From Nitrosospira multiformis ATCC 25196 (GTDB lineage: Bacteria; Pseudomonadota; Gammaproteobacteria; Burkholderiales; Nitrosomonadaceae): a stretch of DNA of 32,000 nt. The notes below the pieces were generated by a model. That model saw nothing but the letters and a program-made list of their open reading frames with translations, made no database searches and was not told the DNA's origin. Both the position numbers and the translations under genes were made by a program. Numbering within the stretch: the first letter of the stretch is position 1; the number at the start of each line of letters is the position of its first letter. Shown piece after piece: positions 1-7,052 of the stretch. The DNA lies in assembly GCF_000196355.1 (NCBI RefSeq), contig NC_007614.1, positions 3,060,001 to 3,092,000 of the forward strand, given 5' to 3'.

Positions 1-451
1 CGACGCCGATGACCAGCAATCCGCCCATGAACAGCGCGGCAGCTCCCGGACTCCACATGCCCATGGAAGTGGTGGGCAACGGAAAGAGGAAGGTCCAGGC
101 GGCGTGGAAATCGCCAAGCAGGACACTCGCCAGGATCATGACGACCCCTGTCAGAAACAGGATCAGGTTGGCCATGAATATACCTGTCGACAGATCGACA
201 TACTGGCGCAGAAAATGCCACATTATGGCCGCTCCGGCCAGGGCGACGATACCCACCATTCCGGCACCGTGCAACGTCATGATTTTATAAAACCAGAGTG
301 CTCCGATGGAGATCATTTGCGCCTGCTCCATCCTCATGAGCAGGCCGAAAAGCATCATCAGTAGCAATACTACACAGGAGATGACCAGATAGGCCAGCAC
401 GCCCGCCTTGGCTCCCTGATCGGGAACCGGGGTATAAGTATAAGTTGCCAT
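1..451 (-). CDS. heme-copper oxidase subunit I, N-terminal ~150 aa (gene runs off the window start)
   Basis: Absent from the ORF track because it has no stop in the window. My translation from ATG (451-449) reads MATYTYTPVPDQGAKAGVLAYLVISCVVLLLMMLFGLLMRMEQAQMISIGALWFYKIMTLHGAGMVGIV...DFHAAWTFLFPLP. It shows multiple TM helices. The 'TLHG' His context and 'FLFPLP' resemble subunit I of small B-family (ba3-like) oxidases. AAGGAA Shine-Dalgarno lies 5 nt upstream, and the start is 12 nt after the subunit II stop. Confidence 0.75.
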   Translation of the reverse strand, partial: MATYTYTPVPDQGAKAGVLAYLVISCVVLLLMMLFGLLMRMEQAQMISIGALWFYKIMTLHGAGMVGIVALAGAAIMWHFLRQYVDLSTGIFMANLILFLTGVVMILASVLLGDFHAAWTFLFPLPTTSMGMWSPGAAALFMGGLLVIGV

Positions 452-463
452 GCTTATTCCTTT

Positions 464-991
464 TTAAGATTTCCCAACTTTGATTTCGGTCATCATATTG
501 TGGTGAGCAACACCGCAATACTCCATGCACAATACCCGGTAGGTACCCTCCTTGGGGAAGGTGATGTGGATTACGTTGGTGTAGCCGGGCATTGCCTGGG
601 CCTGCGCAATCAGACGCAAGTCAGGATCATAAATGCCGAAGCCATGGTTCACGTCGGCGCTGGTGACACGAATGTCGACCGGTTGGTTGGGCTCGACCTG
701 GTCCCGGTCCATTTCCCAGTACCACATATGACCGGTAACATTGATAACCTGGGTAGGACCGCTACTGGCCGCGGCCTTGGGACTGTAAGGCAAGCTCATC
801 AGGTTGTAGATCATCGCCGGGAAGAATACAAACGCGACTGCCCAGAACAATTTGGTGCGAAAACTGTATGCACGCTTCACCAGCGGCCCATATTCTTCTT
901 CGCGCTTTCCGGAATTGATGGCGACGAACACGACACCAAACGTGATCATCAGCATCAATACAAGGGAAACCTGCCACGCGGTTTCTTGCAT
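464..991 (-). CDS. heme-copper oxidase subunit II (CuA cupredoxin, 175 aa, no cytochrome c domain)
   Basis: Two N-terminal TM helices are followed by a cupredoxin domain with CuA ligands: ...VNHGFGIY... and CMEYCGVAHHNM (C-x-E-x-C-G-x2-H-x2-M). GGAGAA SD lies upstream of the ATG at 991. Confidence 0.85.
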   Translation of the reverse strand: MQETAWQVSLVLMLMITFGVVFVAINSGKREEEYGPLVKRAYSFRTKLFWAVAFVFFPAMIYNLMSLPYSPKAAASSGPTQVINVTGHMWYWEMDRDQVEPNQPVDIRVTSADVNHGFGIYDPDLRLIAQAQAMPGYTNVIHITFPKEGTYRVLCMEYCGVAHHNMMTEIKVGKS

Positions 992-1064
992 TATATTCTC
1001 CTTCTTTCTGTATATTTCATCTTTAATGCCCAGTTAAATCGTGGAATATCGGCCGACAGGGAGC

Positions 1065-1116
1065 CCGGGGTGCATGCGATGATCCTGAAAATCTGTTCTA
1101 TTTTCCGGAGTGCATG
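1065..1116. repeat. 12-bp direct repeat CCGG(G/A)GTGCATG x2, 40 bp start-to-start, upstream of the oxidase operon
   Basis: Read directly: ccggggtgcatg at 1065-1076 and ccggagtgcatg at 1105-1116 (11/12 identical). The pair lies 74-125 bp upstream of the subunit II start codon. Confidence 0.4.
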
Positions 1117-1703
1117 AGAATCCGGTCAGGAACACAGACAATCCCGCTGAAACGTTCACACAGCCGCGATGCGTTCGAAACCATTCAACCCACCTTATTC
1201 CGCTCGGGGATCGACGTACTCGACATGCATCAGAATATCCTACGGTCGATACCATCAAAAAAAGATAAAGAAAATATCGAATAGCCGACCTGCAATCCCC
1301 ACGCCTTTTACCTCTGACCCCGCACTTTTCATCTCTTGTCGTGGCCTATCATGCGGTTGTATGCAGGCGAAAAAAGCAGTATTTCCAAACTTCTTTCGCG
1401 ACCATTGAACAGCTGACTTGAACCGTTCCACCCCTCTTGCCGGAAATAAACCTTTCCGATCCCACACCGACAATATCATACCTGCAATACCCATACTTGC
1501 TACGCTGGTATGCATATTGATTACTGCGTGAGGGCTGGAGTATGCTGGATGAAGAGTTCGATGTCAAGCACGACATATAGCCGGCTCAAATCCGTAACCA
1601 TAGGAAATGTAGGGTTAAATTCTCTCGAAAGAGGTCACGGGCAATGCGGTTTCAATCCCTGCAGGAGTCTTTCCGAGGCTAGAGGGAGCGCCCTTTCCAT
1701 CTT

Positions 1704-2099
1704 TCAGGCGGGCCCACCAAACAGGTACTTTTCCACCCACTGCAGCAGATGGGGAGGCAGATGAGTCCGTCTCCATTCACGTAGCGCATATTGCCGGCCT
1801 CCGGCCAGATCGAATAAGTATAAAGGGCGGTCAGCATCCTGTTCAAACCCGGGCCTGTTTCATTGCCAGCACGAATTCCGCCAGCAGGGCGCGAGCGCGT
1901 TTGGGTACGATGGTTACTCCCGGAACGATCCTTACATGGTAGACATCATTTGCCCGTTCGATACCGGGATTTGGCTAGAAATCTGGTTGATGCGGATGAA
2001 GGGATGTTCGATGAGATAGAGATCGAAGCGAGGCATAAAGCGATATCCGGCGGAGCAAACCGTCAGGGCAGGAGTATTCAGGAGGACCTGCTCTGTTAT
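1704..2099 (-). pseudogene. decayed coding remnant, tentatively the C-terminal half of a tyrosine (P4-like) integrase
   Basis: Three short minus-strand reading-frame fragments tile the region in successive frames. Fragment 2099-1932: ...ALTVCSAGYRFMPRFDLYLIEHPFIRINQ.... Fragment 1953-1843: ...HVRIVPGVTIVPKRARALLAEFVLAMKQ. Fragment 1859-1704: ...DRPLYLFDLAGGRQYALREWRRTHLPPHLLQWVEKYLF. Their order and spacing loosely match integrase blocks (TGxR...W.DiDl, R..VPl....lL, plF....g, H..R...W..E). This is a by-eye similarity only. Confidence 0.35.
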
Positions 2100-2154
2100 T
2101 CAGCACTTCTTGGGCCTGGAAACGCAACGGATCATCTGTTACTTATCCCGGTTC

Positions 2155-4044
2155 TCATGCCTGAGAATGCATTGCACTTCGAGAGTCCTGTCGCTGCCTG
2201 TACCATTGCTCCAGCATCATCAGCACCCATACCATGGTGCCGTGATATCCGGCATGCTCCTCCAGGTGCTGCTGCAGCAGCTTCTCGATAAAGTCACCGC
2301 GGATGATGTTTCTCGATTTGAGATCGCTCAGACTATCCCACGCCAGGTCCTGCAGGTTTTTATGGGTTTGAAGCCACACCCCGAAAGGTAATCCGAAACC
2401 ATGTTTTTGCTTGGCAATAATATCGTCCGGCAAAAATCCCCGCAGGGCTTCCTTGAAGAAGTAGCGCAACTTCGTCCCCTTGAGCTTCAGGTGAGGTTCG
2501 AGCCGCAGGGAAAAAGCAACGATCTCATCGCTGATGAGTGGAAACGCAACGTCCATTCCCGCCAACTCGCACGCCTTGGCGACCTTGGGCAAGTCGTTAT
2601 CGGCGAGGGTGAATTTGCGATCAAATGCAAGCATTTGATTGATCAGGCTTTTGGCATCATTCTCATGATAAGTCTCGTCCAGCAGGCGCGCCGGATAACC
2701 CGGATTTACCGCATCGAGAAATTCAGGGGTAAAGATAGCGTCGCGTCCGTAACGTTCAAGAAGATTGTAAGTCTCGGTGCGTGCAGGCATGGGGATGGAT
2801 GCCTGCTCGACATAACTGCGCGCTTTCCGTATCAGGGGAAGCGCGCCTCCCCCAGGAAGACCAAAAACAACCGGTTCGATGAGTCCCTTGCGCAATAACA
2901 AGGGAGTCTGCTCATACAGCGAGAAAATGTGTTGTTTGGCATAACGTACGTTACCGCCAAAAAGCTCATCCCCCCCATCTCCGCCGAGCATTCTGCTGAG
3001 GCCGTCGGATTTTGCCATCTGCGCGCAGTAGTAGGCGGGTAACGCGGAAGAGTTGCCGAAGGGCTGATCGAATACCGCTGCAACCTGGGGAATGGCGGAG
3101 ACGATATTCTCCGGTGTAACGTAGTACTCCTGATGCCGCGTACCGAAATGCCTGGCTGCGATCCGGGCATATCCCATTTCATCATAACCCGTTGCATCGA
3201 AACCAATGGAATAGGTGCGTGCTGGCTGTCCGCTCACCTCGCCCAGTATCCCGGCAATCGTCGAACTGTCGGTTCCGCCACTGAGAAAGGCTCCCGTTTC
3301 GTCATCGCCAATGGCGGTCCGCACACTGGAATGCAATACTTCCAGAAACTCCTGCTTGAGTTCCTGGAAAGGGTGTCTTTCATCTTCCTGAAACCGCATC
3401 AGCCAGTATTTTTCAGTCTTGATGCCGCCCTTACTGTAGACGAGATATTCGCCCGGCATAAGGCGTTTCTGCCCCTCATAAATGGTGTCAGGACTAGGCA
3501 CCATATGAAAATAAACGTAGTTATACAGACTCTGGAGGTCGATTTCCGACCTGATCGAAGGATGCAGGCGGATGGCATCTGATGACGAGGCAAATACCAA
3601 GCCTCCGGCCAGAGCCTGGTAGGAGAGTGGGTAAGTGCCCATACGGTCTGTCGCCAGAACGACCTCATTCGCATTTTCATCGACAATACAGCATGCAAAC
3701 GCACCGCTCAGGCTCTCGAAAATCTTTGCGCCTCTTCCGTCCCCTCCACTCCTTCCCCGCCAATTTTCGGCCAGCGTTTTCGCCATGCCTTCGCGTTGCG
3801 CCTGTTCATCCAGGCGGGGTTCCAGAAAATTTCCCCGTCCCCACAACGCGGCAAGAAGCCCATCCCTCTGATAAATGTGAGCACGCCCGTCCGAAGCAGC
3901 GGTTGCTAAAGCGCTATTCCCGCTCGCGCAGGCGTGCAACTTACAACTGTCAAACCGTACGAGCGGGCTTGCCATTTGCCGGAGCAGCGCCAGGTTTTCA
4001 GTAACTGAATGGCCATATCCCAGCCAACCGCATAATCCACTCAC
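2155..4044 (-). CDS. asparagine synthase (AsnB) family amidotransferase, PEP-CTERM/exosortase-locus type, with a divergent glutaminase domain
   Basis: 629-aa ORF with a GTG start and GGAG 7 nt upstream. It has the PP-loop FLSGGTDSS, TDRMGTYPLSY and a long AsnB synthetase C-domain. The N-terminus is MSGLCGWLG, so the Cys is at residue 5 rather than 2. Confidence 0.9.
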   Translation of the reverse strand: MSGLCGWLGYGHSVTENLALLRQMASPLVRFDSCKLHACASGNSALATAASDGRAHIYQRDGLLAALWGRGNFLEPRLDEQAQREGMAKTLAENWRGRSGGDGRGAKIFESLSGAFACCIVDENANEVVLATDRMGTYPLSYQALAGGLVFASSSDAIRLHPSIRSEIDLQSLYNYVYFHMVPSPDTIYEGQKRLMPGEYLVYSKGGIKTEKYWLMRFQEDERHPFQELKQEFLEVLHSSVRTAIGDDETGAFLSGGTDSSTIAGILGEVSGQPARTYSIGFDATGYDEMGYARIAARHFGTRHQEYYVTPENIVSAIPQVAAVFDQPFGNSSALPAYYCAQMAKSDGLSRMLGGDGGDELFGGNVRYAKQHIFSLYEQTPLLLRKGLIEPVVFGLPGGGALPLIRKARSYVEQASIPMPARTETYNLLERYGRDAIFTPEFLDAVNPGYPARLLDETYHENDAKSLINQMLAFDRKFTLADNDLPKVAKACELAGMDVAFPLISDEIVAFSLRLEPHLKLKGTKLRYFFKEALRGFLPDDIIAKQKHGFGLPFGVWLQTHKNLQDLAWDSLSDLKSRNIIRGDFIEKLLQQHLEEHAGYHGTMVWVLMMLEQWYRQRQDSRSAMHSQA

Positions 4045-4173
4045 AGGAATTCTCCACGTTTTCTTGGCATTGTGCTTCTCGTTATCTGATGGATTTTTTG
4101 TGGATTATTTGCTTTTTGCCACCCTCTTGGTCAAAAGGCATAACGATCCTCGTGCATGACAGCGCTTAATCTG

Positions 4174-5406
4174 CTAGACCAGCATTTCCATGGGCGGCGG
4201 ATGACTGAGAAACGCGGTAGGACTAGCGGTCAAGCCGTATGCGCCGGATTGGAACACGACGATAAGATCGCCTGCTTCCGCCCTGCTCATCTCCATGCGG
4301 TCGGCCAGAAGATCCAGCGGCGTGCAAAGCGGTCCCACCACCGAAACAACTTCCCTGTCGGTTCCCTGTACCCGATTTCCCACCATGACCGGGTAATTCT
4401 TGCGTATCACCTGACCGAAGTTGCCGGAAGCCGCCAGATGATGATGCAATCCTCCATCCGTGATCAGGAATATCTGTCCTCTGGATTCCTTGCGTTCGAG
4501 CACCCGGCAAACGTAGATGCCCGCCTCCGCCACGAGGTACCGGCCAAGCTCGATGACGATGCGCGCCTCCGGTAGCGCCTGTCTCACTCCGGGTATGAGG
4601 CGCCGCAGATTCTCGCCAACCGCCGCCAGATCCAGCGCTTCATCCCCGGGAAAATAAGGCGTACCGAAACCACCGCCTATGTTCAGCATGCGGACGGGAG
4701 CGGGAGCATGCTTCGCGAGCGCAATGCCCAGCTGGAAGGTCTTTTCGTGTGCTTCCTGCAGGGCAGCCACTCTCAGGTTCTGAGAGCCGCTGAAAATATG
4801 AAATCCTTCGAAATCGAGCGCCAGTCTTCCCAGTCGGGCCAGCATGGCAGGAACGCGTTCGGCATCCACTCCAAATTGCTTGGGGCCCCCGCCCATTTTC
4901 ATGCTGGATGATTTAAGTTCAAAATCCGGATTGACGCGAACAGCCACTTTTGGGCGAACCCCCAGATATTCCCCCAGGATGGCGATTCGCTCCATCTCCT
5001 GCTCGGATTCCATATTGAGAACGATGCCGGCGGCAATGGCGCAGGAAAGTTCGCTGTCGCTCTTGCCCGGACCGGCGAAGCTGATTTCACCGGGTGGCAT
5101 AGGAGTATCGAGCGCAACCTTCATTTCTCCCGCTGAAGCAACGTCCAATCCATCCACCAATCGAGCCATATGCTGCACGACGGCCGGCATGGGATTGGCT
5201 TTCATCGCATAGTGCAAGTGAATTTCCGCAGGCAGATGCTGACGCAGGAACGCCACGCGATCCGTCAGCCTTTGCCGGTCATACGCGTAGAAAGGTGTCT
5301 TTCCCGCGCGCTGCGCCAGGCGTGTGAGAGGCAGCCCTCCGATCTCGAGGCAATCATCGTTTACGGAAAACTGAATGGGCGCGTGTCTTGGCCGGGAATC
5401 CGTCAT
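4174..5406 (-). CDS. PLP-dependent decarboxylase (fold-type III, diaminopimelate/ornithine decarboxylase-like), exosortase-A-locus-associated type
   Basis: It has the PLP-lysine motif LHYAMKANP and a C-terminal QSGAYG. The ORF track extends to 5547, but the ATG at 5406 (MTDSRPRHAPIQF...) forms an ATGA overlap with the ligase stop, so it is the likelier start. Confidence 0.9.
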   Translation of the reverse strand: MTDSRPRHAPIQFSVNDDCLEIGGLPLTRLAQRAGKTPFYAYDRQRLTDRVAFLRQHLPAEIHLHYAMKANPMPAVVQHMARLVDGLDVASAGEMKVALDTPMPPGEISFAGPGKSDSELSCAIAAGIVLNMESEQEMERIAILGEYLGVRPKVAVRVNPDFELKSSSMKMGGGPKQFGVDAERVPAMLARLGRLALDFEGFHIFSGSQNLRVAALQEAHEKTFQLGIALAKHAPAPVRMLNIGGGFGTPYFPGDEALDLAAVGENLRRLIPGVRQALPEARIVIELGRYLVAEAGIYVCRVLERKESRGQIFLITDGGLHHHLAASGNFGQVIRKNYPVMVGNRVQGTDREVVSVVGPLCTPLDLLADRMEMSRAEAGDLIVVFQSGAYGLTASPTAFLSHPPPMEMLV

Positions 5407-6998
5407 GCGCCGGCTTCCATGAAAATATCGTGCAACTCCTGAGCAAGACGCTTGCGATCGATCTTGCCATTGGGGTTGCGCGGTAAACTGCCCTCTCTGT
5501 ACTCGATCCGGCTGGGCAGCATGAAGGCGGGAAGATGAGTCTTGCACGCAGCGAGCAACGCCTCATCGGCAGCCTTCAAACCCGCCCTGGGGGTCGCAAT
5601 CAGGACAATAGCATGACCCAGCACAGGATGGGGCACTCCCACCGCGGCGACTTCTCCCACCAGTTCCGTGCCATAAACGACTTCTTCGACCTCTGTCGGA
5701 CTGACACGATAACCGGATGTCTTGATCATTTCATCGCGACGGCCGATAAAATAAAGAAAGCCTGCTTCATCCATGCGGACCGTATCTCCCGACCATACTG
5801 CCAGTTCGGGGATAGTCAGGCCCGGCTCCCGGCAAGGAACGGGCCTGAAGCGCTCAGTGGTCTTTTCCTTGTCATTCCAATAACCCATGGAAACAAGAGG
5901 TCCTCTATGCACCAGTTCGCCCGGTTCGCCGGGAGCGCAAGGCGATCCGTCCTCCCGTACCACCAGCACCTCAGCATTAGGGATGGCTTTGCCGATGGAG
6001 TCCGGACGTGTATCCACTTCTTCAGGCGGAAGAAAGGTGGAGCGAAAGGCTTCGGTAAGCCCATACATGAGAAACACCGCGGCATTGGGCAACACATTGC
6101 GCAGCAGGTCAAGCGTCGCCCGCGGCATCGCCCCGCCGGAATTGGTGATATACCGTAACGGAATATCCTTCGGCCAGCTCAATTGCGCCAGTTGAATCCA
6201 CAGAGGCGGAACTGCCGCCAGCCCGGTAATCTTTTCTTCCTTCAATCCATCGATGATATCGCGCGGGAGCAGATAGTTCATCAGAACGCCAGTCGCTCCG
6301 ACGCGAAACGCGGTAGTAAGCTGACTCAGTCCGTAATCGAAACTGAGCGGCAACACGGACAGAATACGGTCGTCCGGATTGTTCTTCAGATATTGAGATA
6401 CGCTTGCCGCGCCAGCTACGAGATTGCGATGGGAAAGAACGACTCCTTTCGGCTTCCCCGTGCTTCCCGAGGTGTAGAGGATAGCAGCCATGTCAGCATC
6501 GGTGGCGGGGCGGGAAACCGCCCGCCCATCAGGTTTGCCTGCGGTGACAGCGTCATTCCAGGATACGACAGTCAGACCGGGAACAGGCATGGCAGCTTCT
6601 GCCCGATCGGTTACGATCACCGCATGGAGGTCGTGGCACTGAGGCAGCGCTTCGACAAGCAACTTCAATCGCTCGACCGAAGTCACGAGAATTCTTACGT
6701 TACAGTCGCGCAAGATGTAGGCCACCTGCTCCGGCTTCAGAAGTGGATTGACTGGCACGAAGGCGCCTCCCGCAGCCGCTGCTCCAAACAGACTCGTCAC
6801 TGCCTCGATGCGTTTCTCCAGATAGACAGCGACACGCTCGCCTCGCCCCAACCCCAGGGCCAGCAGCCCCTCTCGCACCAAGCCGATTTCGCGTGCAAGA
6901 TCAGCATAGCTCAGCCTGTTTCGCTGGTAAACCAGCGCTTCCTTATCGGAAAAACGATTGGCAGATTCGAAAACGAGATCCTGGATAAGGTGCGTCAT
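5403..6998 (-). CDS. acyl-CoA ligase / AMP-forming adenylating enzyme, exosortase-A-locus-associated type
   Basis: ANL motifs are present: LYTSGSTGKPKGV, MYGLTE, WSGDTVRMDEAGFLYFIGRRDEMIKTSGYRVSPTEVE. The start is ATG at 6998 (MTHLIQD...) or the TTG at 7007 used by the ORF track. Confidence 0.9.
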   Translation of the reverse strand: MTHLIQDLVFESANRFSDKEALVYQRNRLSYADLAREIGLVREGLLALGLGRGERVAVYLEKRIEAVTSLFGAAAAGGAFVPVNPLLKPEQVAYILRDCNVRILVTSVERLKLLVEALPQCHDLHAVIVTDRAEAAMPVPGLTVVSWNDAVTAGKPDGRAVSRPATDADMAAILYTSGSTGKPKGVVLSHRNLVAGAASVSQYLKNNPDDRILSVLPLSFDYGLSQLTTAFRVGATGVLMNYLLPRDIIDGLKEEKITGLAAVPPLWIQLAQLSWPKDIPLRYITNSGGAMPRATLDLLRNVLPNAAVFLMYGLTEAFRSTFLPPEEVDTRPDSIGKAIPNAEVLVVREDGSPCAPGEPGELVHRGPLVSMGYWNDKEKTTERFRPVPCREPGLTIPELAVWSGDTVRMDEAGFLYFIGRRDEMIKTSGYRVSPTEVEEVVYGTELVGEVAAVGVPHPVLGHAIVLIATPRAGLKAADEALLAACKTHLPAFMLPSRIEYREGSLPRNPNGKIDRKRLAQELHDIFMEAGA

Positions 6999-7052
6999 TG
7001 GAAGCAAGCCTGTTGTCTGTAATTTTGATATGGAATGCGCATCTGCACCGTA

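Noticed and set aside
1648-1658. GGTTTCAATCC, reminiscent of a tRNA T-arm (GGTTCGAATCC) near the integrase-like remnant.
   Set aside because: The flanking bases do not form a T-stem, and no acceptor, D or anticodon arms can be drawn. At best it is a tRNA fragment, which cannot be supported from the sequence alone.
1863-2291. A 142-aa + strand ORF spanning the gap and the 3' end of the amidotransferase.
   Set aside because: It overlaps the well-supported AsnB-family gene in antisense, has no SD and is Arg/Pro-rich with no motifs. The same DNA is better explained by minus-strand pseudogene fragments.
5407-5547. An N-terminal extension of the decarboxylase ORF (457 aa in the track) that overlaps the ligase 3' end.
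   Set aside because: The extension is Gln/Ser/Arg-rich and overlaps a well-supported gene. The internal ATG at 5406 gives an ATGA stop-start overlap and a normal family length.
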